From Longimicrobiales bacterium (GTDB lineage: Bacteria > Gemmatimonadota > Gemmatimonadetes > Longimicrobiales > Gaopeijiaceae), in contig OZ250165.1 of the NCBI GenBank assembly GCA_965238005.1, positions 480,001-544,000 on the forward strand: DNA of 64,000 bases, read 5' to 3'. This document shows, in pieces, positions 9,677 to 19,252 of this stretch (its first letter is position 1; each line of letters opens with the position of its first letter). The notes below the pieces were generated by a model. It saw nothing but the letters and a program-made list of their open reading frames with translations. It was not told the origin of the DNA and made no database searches. A program made the translations under genes and the position numbers.

Positions 9677-10939
9677 TTACCGGGACCGGTCGGGACCTCC
9701 TCTCCGTGTATAAGCCTCTTCTGGATAGACGTAACCGGGATCCAGGGTGGTCCCGTCCTCTGGCATGATTCGCAGGAGGTTGTCCCGGGCCACTTTCTCT
9801 GCAGCGCCAGTGGTCAATCTCGATAGGAGCCGATCGTACCGGCGGACAGTATCCTCGTACCCTTCGTAGCGCCCAACCGCATCTGATCCAATCACGAAGT
9901 TGTCGGGGTATTGCTCGATCAATCCCGTCCACGCACTCAGGTCCTCTAGCACGTAGTCCTCGTAGACCACCCAGGATAGGTCAATGTAGACGTGGTTTCT
10001 GTGAGTCGCGAGTACCGACGCCAGAACTACTGGAAGAGAATCGACGACTATGCGACGGCTGATGCCGGCATGGCACCAGATGAAGGTCGTGTTGGAGAAC
10101 TCGTTGAACGCATGCAGCAGCTCCGGAAGATAGTCGGTGTCCCTCGCCTCTCCTTGCGGGGAGATGGGGGCAACGTTGTGGTGAATGCTCACGGGTAGAC
10201 CGACTCGGCCAGCGAAGTCGAAGATGCGGAACAGTGCCGGGTGATCCGCGTGAGGACGCTCACCGGTCGTCAGGTTGGTCAAGTCATCGTGGCGAGACAT
10301 CACCTCGCCGATTCCCTTGAACACACCGGGGAATTCCTTAATGCGCTTTACGATCATGTCCACCGCACCGAGGTCCGTCCCGTCGAATCCGGAGAGAAAC
10401 GGGAACAGCCGTTCGAGCTGAGCCGCCGCCCCGTGTACTCGGCGGTAGTCTTCGATCGCTAGTGCTAGGACATAATCAGTGTCTCGCGCTCGCACGACGC
10501 GGGAACTGCTATCCAGGTAATACGTTGGCCGGGAGGGGTCACCCACCGCCCATTTCTTGAGAAAGGGCATACCCGTGATGACCGCGTGGCTCACGTTGGC
10601 CTGGTCCATGGCCCACAGCACCGCCTCGATACGCCGGCCCCGTTCGCCAGCGGGCAGAGTGTTGGCCGGAGAGCTGTAGACTAGCCTCCCATCGACGAGG
10701 TATTCGCCGTTCTGTAGAAAGTCCAGGATATGGAGGTGGGAATCGGCCGTGAGGGGAACCTGCACCGTCGGACTCACAGGCACGGGCGCCGAGGGCTTGG
10801 GAGGGCCATGCTGGGTTTGAGTTGCGCACGCCACCAACGTCGGCAACACCGTGACCATCAGTCCCACCGCGCGCAACGGACACGATTGAACTCCCTGGCC
10901 AGTGCCCAAAGCCAACCTACGTCCAGCAACTTCGATCAC
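9677..10939 (-). CDS. Amidohydrolase (Amidohydro_2-like), probable lipoprotein
   Basis: DSHLH metal motif, GIGEVMSRHDDL, VSIHHN, IWCHAG, FVIGSD; lipobox-like TLVAC. The true start may be ATG 10858. Confidence 0.85.
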   Translation of the reverse strand: MIEVAGRRLALGTGQGVQSCPLRAVGLMVTVLPTLVACATQTQHGPPKPSAPVPVSPTVQVPLTADSHLHILDFLQNGEYLVDGRLVYSSPANTLPAGERGRRIEAVLWAMDQANVSHAVITGMPFLKKWAVGDPSRPTYYLDSSSRVVRARDTDYVLALAIEDYRRVHGAAAQLERLFPFLSGFDGTDLGAVDMIVKRIKEFPGVFKGIGEVMSRHDDLTNLTTGERPHADHPALFRIFDFAGRVGLPVSIHHNVAPISPQGEARDTDYLPELLHAFNEFSNTTFIWCHAGISRRIVVDSLPVVLASVLATHRNHVYIDLSWVVYEDYVLEDLSAWTGLIEQYPDNFVIGSDAVGRYEGYEDTVRRYDRLLSRLTTGAAEKVARDNLLRIMPEDGTTLDPGYVYPEEAYTRRGGPDRSR

Positions 10940-11011
10940 GAGTCGACCTCCTAGCGTCGCTTCAGATTCGCCGCGAACACGGGAGAAAAGATAGCCACCG
11001 TCCAGAGGGGA

Positions 11012-11131
11012 AAGATAGCGCGCCGCAAGCTGAGTCTGCTACAGCTGGCCCAGGAGTTCGGCAAGGTGAGCAAGGCGTGCAAGATCGTGGGCTACAACAG
11101 CCGGCAGCAGTTCTACGAGATCAGGAGGAAC
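11012..11131 (+). mobile_element. IS481-family transposase N-terminal scrap
   Basis: Manual translation KIARRKLSLLQLAQEFGKVSKACKIVGYNSRQQFYEIRRN. Confidence 0.75.
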
Positions 11132-11134
11132 ACG

Positions 11135-11330
11135 CTAAGCTTCCGTGCGGGCGGAAGTTGTTGTAGTCGGCCCGCCAGTGATCGAGGACCCGCTGGGCGT
11201 CCTCGAGATCGATGAACCAGTGTTGCCGATAGGCACTCACGCCGAAGCAGCGAGTTGAACGCCTCGATATGGGCGTTGTCGGTCGGCTTGCCCGGTCGGC
11301 TGAAGGCGAGCCGTATTCGGTTCGCAAGGG
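11135..11330 (-). mobile_element. IS3-family OrfB C-terminal scrap
   Basis: FSRPGKPTDNAHIEAFNSLLRRECL / HWFIDLEDAQRVLDHWRADYNNFRPHGSL, frameshifted. Confidence 0.85.
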
Positions 11331-11371
11331 GTGTGGGGTGTGATGCGCCCTCCGAGTTCATCGTGGTTTGA

Positions 11372-11557
11372 TCAGAGGTCTACGCTGAGGCCAGTGCGAA
11401 GATTGAAGTCACCGTTCGAGAGGCCCTCCGGCGGGCGTGAGTCCCGTCGCCACTCAAGTGAGACCGTCGCCCGGAGAGTATCTGTGAGCGGTATCGAACC
11501 GCTCAGCTCGTTCAGAACCCTGGCATCCCCCAAATCCGTCAGTTCAGGGGTCGTCAT
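11372..11557 (-). pseudogene. DUF481-like outer-membrane beta-barrel C-terminal fragment
   Basis: PELTDLGDARVLNELS...SLEWRRDSRPPEG...LRTGLSVDL. Confidence 0.6.
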
Positions 11558-11796
11558 GTCGTTCTCCCGAAAGGTTCGGATGTTGTGAAAAAACGATTCC
11601 TAAACCCTTCCGGGAGCGGCGTGGCCACCGCCGCCGCGCCCGACTCTTAACGGTCGCGCGCCGGCGGCCTAACTGTCAGGTGATGACCGTATCAATACAC
11701 CTTGGTCCTTACACCTTGGTCCTTTGGCGTCCCGGGCGTTCGCCCGGCGCACGCTTTGCTCTTGCTCCACGGGGAAGCGGTTGCGATAGTCGGGGC

Positions 11797-12186
11797 ATGG
11801 AGACGAGGGGATTCATCCGGCGCCGCGGTTTCTGGCTGCTCGCGCTGCTGTGGCTGCCGGCCGGTGTCATGGCGACTGCGGCGGTGCGCTTCGGACCGGG
11901 GACGGGATCGGTGCCGCCCGGGATGTGGGTAATGGCGATGCTGATGTCGGGGGGAGGGCTGGTGTTCGTCGCGCCCTGCGGCCTGCCGCTGGCGCTGGGT
12001 TGCCGGCGGCTCTGGCATCTGGGCTACCGCCGCGGCGCCTGGTGGGCGGGCATCGGGCTCGGTGCTGTCACGGTGGCGGCGTCGCTGTTGGCGGGGCTGC
12101 TCGGGCCGCTGGCGATCGCGATCTATGCGGCCGTGATCAGCCTGCCGGTGTGGATCGCCTGGTGGTGGTTGGCGCGCCGGAGTTGA
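11797..12186 (+). CDS. Hypothetical membrane protein (about 4 TM segments)
   Basis: Hydrophobic, Trp-rich ORF with GC-rich third positions; ATG at 11797. Confidence 0.6.
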   Translation: METRGFIRRRGFWLLALLWLPAGVMATAAVRFGPGTGSVPPGMWVMAMLMSGGGLVFVAPCGLPLALGCRRLWHLGYRRGAWWAGIGLGAVTVAASLLAGLLGPLAIAIYAAVISLPVWIAWWWLARRS

Positions 12187-12608
12187 TAACCGACGACGGC
12201 TGCAGGCTGGCGGTCACGACCGACCTGCCCGAACGCGGATTCACCAGGAATTGGAAGTGAACGTTGCCATGGGTGACTGGTCCACGAGAATCCCGACATC
12301 CTGTTGGAGGCGCAGCGTAGCGCACGCGGCAGATGATCGAACGGCACAGTCCCAATAGCCGCGCTTTCCAGACTCATGCGCAGCCCCGACCTGCAAAAAG
12401 GGTTCAGGGTACTGCGTGATCGCAATAAGCTTGATATGACGTTCGAGAAGTTGATTGTTCGCCATGCCGAGCTCTGATGGTCGGCGACCGGATCGTGGGG
12501 GCAGTCGGGTGCAGTGGGGCCATGGGCTCTCAGGAATCAAGCGGCCTGCCAGGCGGGCGCGGATACGATGCAGTAGAAGTCAACGCCGAAAAGGTGGCTG
12601 GCCGGTAG

Positions 12609-13008
12609 CTGGGTCGTGCGTGGCTGCCCGAGCACCCGGCACCCTCTCCTCTCCGACGCCCCGAGCTGCTGACGTACACGCACCACACAACGTCGTCGGC
12701 GCTCGGGGCTCAGAAGTTTCCCTTGGCCGCTTCCTCCAGGATCAGCTTGTCCAGTGTCAAGTCCGCCACTGCTCGCTTCAGGCGCCCGTTCTCGCGCTCA
12801 AGCTCCTTCAGGCGCCGTGCCCCTGGCTCACCTTCATCCCGCCGTACTCCCGCCTCCACCGGTAGTACGTCTGCTCGGTGATGCCGAGCTCCCGGCTGAT
12901 CAGCTCCGGAGTGTGTCGTTTCCTTCCCATCCTGACCTCCTCGCTGAAAAGCTTCAGACCAGGTCGATCCTAACATTGCACCTGGTCTCGTTTCAGCGGG
13001 TCAGGTCA
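12609..13008 (-). mobile_element. Second IS3-family remnant, near-identical to 6393-6852 but with an internal deletion of about 60 bp
   Basis: Direct sequence comparison; same left end and same orfA frameshift. Confidence 0.88.
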
Positions 13009-13185
13009 GTTCACTGTCGCCGGATGGTTCGATGGTTCCGCGGTTCCGCTATTGCTGGATCGCTGCGGACGCTGATGGAGGCCGCTGGATGCGCGTACCA
13101 TCATGGGGCAACTCTGGGGGGACTGTTAGACACGCGCAAACCGATTAGGTAATACCCACAACGACTTACGAGCCTTTTAGATAGG

Positions 13186-14469
13186 TTGTACCGGCTCTTG
13201 CCGGGGGGCTGGGTCACTCTGCAGGACGTCTACCGCTGCACGATCGACGCGGAGCTGTTCGCGCGAAAGATCGGCGCGGCCCGGGATCTGGTCGGCCGCC
13301 TCTGCCCGGTCCGGGTCACCGTCGCCGGCAGCGATCTGTTCACGCATAAGGAGTCTCTCGAGGACTGGGCCTGGGAGCCGGTGGCCGGCACCGAGAAGGC
13401 CACCTGCCGGCTCGACTCGGTCCTCCGGGATCGGCTCGGGGAGTTCGAGATCCCGTTCGAGACCGAGGAGAGCGAGGGCGGTGCGGGCAGCGAGCTCAGG
13501 GAGCAGGTAGAGGCGATCGAGCGGTGGTACCTGAACGACTGGATGGCGCTCGATGCCAAGCTCCGCACCTCGATCGTGGAAGGCATCTCCGTCTTCCTCT
13601 CGCTCTTCGATCAGCCGCAAGTCGCGAGCATGTTCTGTCCGCCGCCTCCGGACCCGGACGAATCCATACATATGTATGGTGCTGCGCCGGACGAGGACGC
13701 CGAGGCCGTCCGGCCCGTGCCGGGCCTCCGGCGCCGGCTGCCGCCGCTCAGCGAGCTGATCGAGGGCGGCAAGGTCCTCGCGCTCAACATGCCCGCGGGC
13801 GCGAACCCCGCGCTCGCCCGCGCCATCGGCGTCCTGCTCAAGAACGCCTGGATGCAGGCGCTGCTGCGGCGGCCCGCCGAGGCCGCCCGCCGGCCCGGAC
13901 GCTACCTCCGGCCCGCCGTGTTCATCTGCGACGAGTACCAGGCGTTCGCGACCGTCGACCAGGACGATCCCTCGGGCGACGAGAAGGCGTTCGCGCTCAC
14001 CCGGCAGTGCCGCTGCGTCCCGATCGTCGCCACGCAGTCGATCTCCTCGCTCCGCTCCGTGCTGCCCGGAGGCGAGGCCTGGCGCACGCTCCTCCAGACG
14101 CTCCGCACCCGGATCTTCCTGTCGCTGTCCGACGAGTCGTCGGCCCGGATCGCGTCCGAGATGTGCGGCAGCGTCATGAAGACGCAGCCCTCCTACACGT
14201 TCACCGAGACCACGGGCAGGCCCGAGTTCTCGCTCTTGTCCGGGCGAGCCGGCGGGGGCCGCGGCACGATCGGCGCGAGCAAGTCGTTCCGGCAGCAGAG
14301 GGAGCCCGTGTTCACGCCGCGCGAGTTCGCGCTGTTGGCCAACTACCAGGCGATCTGTCTGCCCTACGACGGCACGAAGTCGCTCCCTGCCCGGCGCGTC
14401 TACCTGAAACCCCACTACCTGCCGAGGGACGTGGGCTACTGGCGGCTCCGCGAGGAGGGCCGGATATGA
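13186..14469 (+). pseudogene. Type IV coupling protein (VirD4/TraD-like), 5'-truncated
   Basis: VFICDEYQAFA (Walker B), PIVATQSISSL, LRTRIFLSLSD; no Walker A or TM anchor present. Confidence 0.8.
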
Positions 14470-15473
14470 AGCGCGCAAGCGGGATCGCGCACCTGAAGCC
14501 GTTCCTTCCGGGCCTGGAGACGCTCCTCGAGGACCCGGAGGTCTCCGAGATCATGATCAACGGACCCGGCAACGTCTGGATCGAGCGAGGCGGCCGACTC
14601 GAGCCCCACGAGGCGCCGGGACTCACCGCCGCCTGGCTCCACCGCGCCGCGATCCACATCGCGCGGCCGCTCGGCCTCGATCCCGCCGCCAGACCCATCC
14701 TCGATGCCCGTCTCGATGACGGCTCAAGGGTCGCCATCTGCACGCCGCCCGCGAGTCCCGAGGTCGCCATCACCATACGCCGGTTCGGGGGCCGCGCGTT
14801 CTCGGCTCAGGACCTGGTGCGCATGGGCTCGCTGCCGGAGACGGTCCTCGGGGCCGCCCGGTCGGCCCTCTTGGCCCGCAGGAACATCCTGGTCTCCGGA
14901 GGCACGGGCTCGGGCAAGACGACGCTCCTCAACGCGCTGATCGAGTTGCTGCCCGAAGACGAGCGGATCGTCGCCATCGAGGACACGCTCGAACTCAGGA
15001 TCGAGCGCGCCAACTGCCTCCGCTTCGAGGCCGGCGCTGTCGGCACCGAGACCCCCGTCTCGATCCGCGACCTGGTGCGGCACGCGCTGCGCCACCGGCC
15101 CGACCACATCGTCGTCGGCGAGGTCAGGGGCGGCGAGGCCGCCGATCTGCTCCAGGCGCTCAAGACCGGCCACGGCGGCTCGCTCACCACCGTCCACGCG
15201 AACAACGCCCGCTCCGCGCTCTCGCGCCTCGCGAGCTGCGCCATGCAGGCCGAAGGCGCGCTTCCCTGGGAGGTCACCTGCCGGGGCGTCGTGGACGGGA
15301 TCGCACTTGTGCTGCACACGGCCCGGCAACGGGGCAGGCGGTTCGTCGAGGAGGCGCTCGAAGTGCGCGGCTACGACGCGGCCAAGGGCCGCTGGATCGC
15401 CGAACCGATCCGGAGCGGGGCCGACGAAGCCCCGCAAGAACAGCACCCACACACCAAGGAGGTGAACCCATGA
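14466..15473 (+). CDS. VirB11/TrbB/CpaF-family secretion ATPase
   Basis: LLEDPEVSEIMINGP, VSGGTGSGKTT, IEDTLEL, LRHRPDHIVVGEVRGGEA, TGHGGSLTTVHAN; ATGA overlap with the T4CP gene. Confidence 0.92.
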   Translation: MKRASGIAHLKPFLPGLETLLEDPEVSEIMINGPGNVWIERGGRLEPHEAPGLTAAWLHRAAIHIARPLGLDPAARPILDARLDDGSRVAICTPPASPEVAITIRRFGGRAFSAQDLVRMGSLPETVLGAARSALLARRNILVSGGTGSGKTTLLNALIELLPEDERIVAIEDTLELRIERANCLRFEAGAVGTETPVSIRDLVRHALRHRPDHIVVGEVRGGEAADLLQALKTGHGGSLTTVHANNARSALSRLASCAMQAEGALPWEVTCRGVVDGIALVLHTARQRGRRFVEEALEVRGYDAAKGRWIAEPIRSGADEAPQEQHPHTKEVNP

Positions 15474-15670
15474 AAGGCGACGAGAACATCGTTCGCGTCG
15501 AGACGCTCGATGACTTCGACCGGGAACTCGCGCGCGATGGAGGCGAGGCCCTCGAGGTGCCGGCCTCGCTGGCCGAAGAGTACGGCCTCTTCTCCGAGGA
15601 CGTGGGCAGCGAGGACGAGATCCGCGACGCCGGAGAGGATCCGCACGGCCCCGAGGAGGAAGAGCTATGA
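15470..15670 (+). CDS. Small acidic hypothetical protein
   Basis: 66 aa, strong RBS (AAGGAGGTG), ATGA-coupled on both sides; paralogous remnant at about 27777-27900. Confidence 0.7.
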   Translation: MKGDENIVRVETLDDFDRELARDGGEALEVPASLAEEYGLFSEDVGSEDEIRDAGEDPHGPEEEEL

Positions 15671-16695
15671 AACACGACGAATACCACCGCCAGTTCGCCG
15701 AGGGGATCATCGAGCAGATCCGCCAGGGCACCGCGCCGTGGCAGAAGCCCTGGGGGCCGGGCGAGCGCGTGCTCCCCTCCAACGTCGATACGGGCCGCTC
15801 CTACAGGGGCGGGAACAGCCTCCATCTCGCCGCCGTGGCCCAGGAGCGCGGCTACGGCGACGTGCGCTGGGGCACCTACCGCCAGATCCAGGCCCGGGAC
15901 GGACAGGTCCGCAAGGGCGAGCAGGGCACTCGCATCCTCTCGTTCCAGGACCACCGGAAGATCGCCGTCACCGACGAGCGCGGTCGGCCCAAGAGGGACA
16001 ACGAAGGCAAGCGCGTCTACCGCCACGAGCGCCTGCCCACGCCCGTCGTCCGGCAGTACACCGTCTTCAACGCCGAGCAGGCCGACGGGCTGCCCGCGCG
16101 GCCCGCGCCCGCTGCCGAGCCGCTCTGGAAGGCCCACCAGCAGGCCGAACGCGTCCTCGAGGACAGCGGGGTGCCCGTCCGTCACGTGGCGGGCGACCGG
16201 GCGTTCTACAACCTGAACCGCGACGAGATCGTGCTCCCCGAGCGTGGACAGTTCCCCTCCGCGAACCACTACTACCAGACCGCGCTGCACGAGCTGGGGC
16301 ACAGCACCGGCCACCCGGAGCGCATGAACCGCGAGACGCTCACCCAAGGGATCTCTGAAGGGTTCGGGTCGCCGGCCTACGCGAAGGAGGAGCTACGCGC
16401 CGAAATCAGTGCCATGATGACGGGCGAGCGCGTGGGCGTCGGCCATGACCCGAGCCGGGGCGCCGCGTACGTCGAGGGCTGGATCGCCGCACTCGAGGAG
16501 GACCCCCGCGAGATCCGCCGCGCCGCCGCCGACTCGCAGAAGATCTCCGACTTCGTGCTCTCGCGGCACCGCGAGCGCGAGGCCGTGCGCGAACCCGCGG
16601 CCGTGGCCGCGACCCGCGCGCCGGCGCCTGAGCGAATCGTCCATCCCGTGCCGCCGCTCCCCGTGCCGCAGCGGACCTTCGGGCCGCGCCGCTGA
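15667..16695 (+). CDS. ardC: Antirestriction protein ArdC (ssDNA-binding domain plus zincin-like domain)
   Basis: GTAPWQKPW, TGRSYRGGN, WGTYRQIQ, VRKGE, VFNAEQ, HELGHSTGH, YAKEELRAEI. Confidence 0.92.
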   Translation: MKHDEYHRQFAEGIIEQIRQGTAPWQKPWGPGERVLPSNVDTGRSYRGGNSLHLAAVAQERGYGDVRWGTYRQIQARDGQVRKGEQGTRILSFQDHRKIAVTDERGRPKRDNEGKRVYRHERLPTPVVRQYTVFNAEQADGLPARPAPAAEPLWKAHQQAERVLEDSGVPVRHVAGDRAFYNLNRDEIVLPERGQFPSANHYYQTALHELGHSTGHPERMNRETLTQGISEGFGSPAYAKEELRAEISAMMTGERVGVGHDPSRGAAYVEGWIAALEEDPREIRRAAADSQKISDFVLSRHREREAVREPAAVAATRAPAPERIVHPVPPLPVPQRTFGPRR

Positions 16696-16701
16696 CGGTC
16701 G

Positions 16702-17603
16702 GTGAGGAGCCAGAAGATGTTCGACCGCACGGTCGAACCGGACCCGCGGACCGCCGCGCCACCCAGCCGCAATCGCTACCGCATGCGGGACGGCCACCGC
16801 CGAGAATACGCCGCGAGCCGGGACCGCGGGTCCACCTCCTTCCCCGAACGGTGCGCGCGCGGGCTCGCCGACATCGCGTCTACGGCGCCGTCTCGTACCG
16901 CGATCTGGCCGAGGCCCGCTTCGGGGGCCATCCCTACACCACCCGGCGGGCCGTGAACGCCTGGGTACGGGACGGGCTCGTCACCGAGACCACGGCCACC
17001 GGACCCAAGGGCAACCCGTTCAAGGTCCTGACGCTCACCCGCAGCGGCGTGGCCGAAGCTCGGAAGCGGGCCGCTGAACGGGGAATGGATCCCAGCCAGG
17101 AAATCCGGTTCGCACGCACCCGGCCTGCGCAAGCCGCGCACGACACCGCCGTCTACCGCGCCTGCATGAAGGAGAAGCAGCGCCTGCTCGACCGGGGCGC
17201 AGCAGTGCGGCGCCTCCGGCTCGACACCGAACTCAAGAGCACCGTCGCGCGCGGGAGCGAGGCGGCGCGGCTGAAGGACGGCAAGCGGGCCGCCGATGCC
17301 GAACGGCACCGCACCGCCGGCGAACTCGGACTCCCGGTCGACGACGAAGGGCACGTGCTCTATCCGGACGCCCAGATCGAGTACACCGACTCTGAGGGGC
17401 GAACCGGACGCGTCAACATCGAGGTCGCGTCCGGCAACTACCGCGAAGGGGCCATCAAGGCGAAAGCGGCGGCCGGGTTCGCGCTCCACGCCAACGGACC
17501 GGCCGCGGCGCGGCTGCTGCGCACGCTCGGCCTGGGCGGCGGCGACGACGGCTCCTGGCTGCGGGGACCCGCCGACCGCGATCCCGCCGCAGTCGAACTC
17601 TGA
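16702..17603 (+). CDS. Replic_Relax/MOBC-like winged-HTH plus PD-(D/E)xK protein, frameshifted near 16878
   Basis: GLADI-(shift)-VYGAVSYRDLAE, VLTLTRSG, AAHDTAVYR, YPDAQIEY...NIEVASGNY. Confidence 0.6.
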
Positions 17604-17621
17604 CTACGGGAGAAGCCCGCC

Positions 17622-17936
17622 ATGCAACCCTGGAAAATCAGCGCCGGCCTCACCGCCGCGATCGCGGGGTCTGCCGTGCTGCTCGCCGGGCCGCGCCTCG
17701 AATACCTCGCGCCGTATTGGCCGCTCCTCCTCGCCGAACACGGCGTCTTGCTCGCCCTGCACCTGGCGCTCGCACTCGCAGCCGTCGCGGCCGCCATCTA
17801 CGCCGTCGCACGCGCCGCCGGGCTCGCCGACCTCGGGCGGCGCGTCGATCTCGCCGAACGCTCCGTTCGGCGCGGCGAGGGGGACCCGGCCCTCACCGAC
17901 GCGCTCCGCAGAGACGCCGAGGGCGACTGGGAATGA
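17622..17936 (+). CDS. Small membrane protein
   Basis: Hydrophobic ORF within the operon, ATGA-coupled to the next gene. Confidence 0.65.
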   Translation: MQPWKISAGLTAAIAGSAVLLAGPRLEYLAPYWPLLLAEHGVLLALHLALALAAVAAAIYAVARAAGLADLGRRVDLAERSVRRGEGDPALTDALRRDAEGDWE

Positions 17937-18373
17937 AAGCGGAGACCGGGCGGGCGGCGGGCCGACGAGATCGACCCAAACGTGCGCGCACACCTCGCGG
18001 CGCGTCCGTCGAGACCCTGCCAGCCACCTGGCGGACGCAGGCCAAGGCGCTCCGCCGGTACGGGGGCGAGACGCCGGCCGTCGCGATCGAAAGCTGCGCG
18101 GCCGAGCTCGAGGCCACGCTCAGGGAGAGGGACGAGACCACCCTCTCGCTGACGGAGGCAGCCAGGGACAGCGGCTACTCCGCTGACCATCTCGGCCGCC
18201 TCGTGCGGGACGGCAAGATCCCCAACACCGGAAGACCCGGCGCGCCCAGGATCGCTCGCAGCCACCTGCCACGGAAGGCACCAGCCGAGCCGCGACTGGT
18301 GGAAAAGCCTAGCCGAGGCGAAGTTTCCAACGCGCAGATCGTGCAGTCCATCATCGAGAGAGGAATCGAATGA
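17933..18373 (+). CDS. Excisionase-like HTH protein
   Basis: LSLTEAARDSGYSADHLGRLVRDGKIP (MerR/Xis-like HTH), directly upstream of an integrase. Confidence 0.65.
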   Translation: MKAETGRAAGRRDRPKRARTPRGASVETLPATWRTQAKALRRYGGETPAVAIESCAAELEATLRERDETTLSLTEAARDSGYSADHLGRLVRDGKIPNTGRPGAPRIARSHLPRKAPAEPRLVEKPSRGEVSNAQIVQSIIERGIE

Positions 18374-18890
18374 TGGCACGCACGAAACCTATCCGGCGCT
18401 CCTACGGCGCCGGCGAATGGGGCCGGAACCGGGTACGGGTCTTTCCCGATCCCAAGACCGGCGTGTTCCAGATCGAGTGGCGCGAGAACGGGCGCAGGCT
18501 CACAAGGTCGCTGAAGCACCGCGACTGGAGACGGGCGAAGCGGCAGGCGGACGAGTTCGCCGCTGGCTACCTCGGGCCGGAGCTCCACCGCAAGGCCGAA
18601 GCCGAGCCCGAGCCGCTCACCCTGGAGCGGCTTTTTGACATCTACGGTGAAGAGGTGACGCCCACCAAGCGTGGGCAGTCGCGGCTGCACGACAGGGGCG
18701 CGATGAGGATGTTCCTCGGGTGCTTCGGCAGGGACCGGAAGCCCGCAACGCTCTCCCAGCGCGACTGGGACCGCTTCATCCGGGAGCGGCGCGCGGGCAG
18801 GGTTGGCCCGAGCGGCAAGCCGGTGGCCGACCGGATGATCGAACGCGACTTGAAGTTCCTGCTCGCGGTCCTCAACTGGGCCGTGAAGCC
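18370..18890 (+). pseudogene. Tyrosine integrase N-terminal part; catalytic domain missing
   Basis: Arm-binding/SAM-like region ending IERDLKFLLAVLNWAVK, followed by unrelated sequence. Confidence 0.7.
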
Positions 18891-19099
18891 GGGATCAGTC
18901 TTCGTAAGTCCCGATGGGACAACGGCTTGGCAACACCCTATGAGATACGTGTATCACGTGGTGTGTGCGAAGGTCGTAAGTCGTGTTACCCGTTGGGTTT
19001 AGGACAGAAACCCACGGACCACGGACGGCGGATGGGCGGCTGCCACGGACCACGGGCCGTTCGTTTCACGCACATCCAAAGCACCAGCGCGACAGCCGA

Positions 19100-19249
19100 C
19101 GAACGGCTCAACCAATCGCGGCACCGATCCGCGGGCAGGCCGGTCTTCCGGTCGCCGATCGCCCGCTTCCCGAACTCCGATGGCGTCAGCCGCGTGCGCC
19201 GAAGGAACGCCGCCATGCGTTCCTCGAACTGCTTCGTTAGGCTTTCCAT
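19100..19249 (-). pseudogene. Cro/XRE-like small regulator remnant
   Basis: MESLTKQFEERMAAFLRRTRLTPSEFGKRAIGD resembles phage Cro-like HTH proteins. Confidence 0.4.
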
Positions 19250-19252
19250 ACC

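Noticed and set aside
12190..12600. Short ORFs between the membrane protein and the IS3 remnant
   Set aside because: No recognisable motif; cannot be supported.
13524..14465. Apparent 649-aa fusion upstream of the VirB11 ATPase
   Set aside because: The upstream part is an off-frame read of the T4CP gene; the ATPase starts at ATG 14466.
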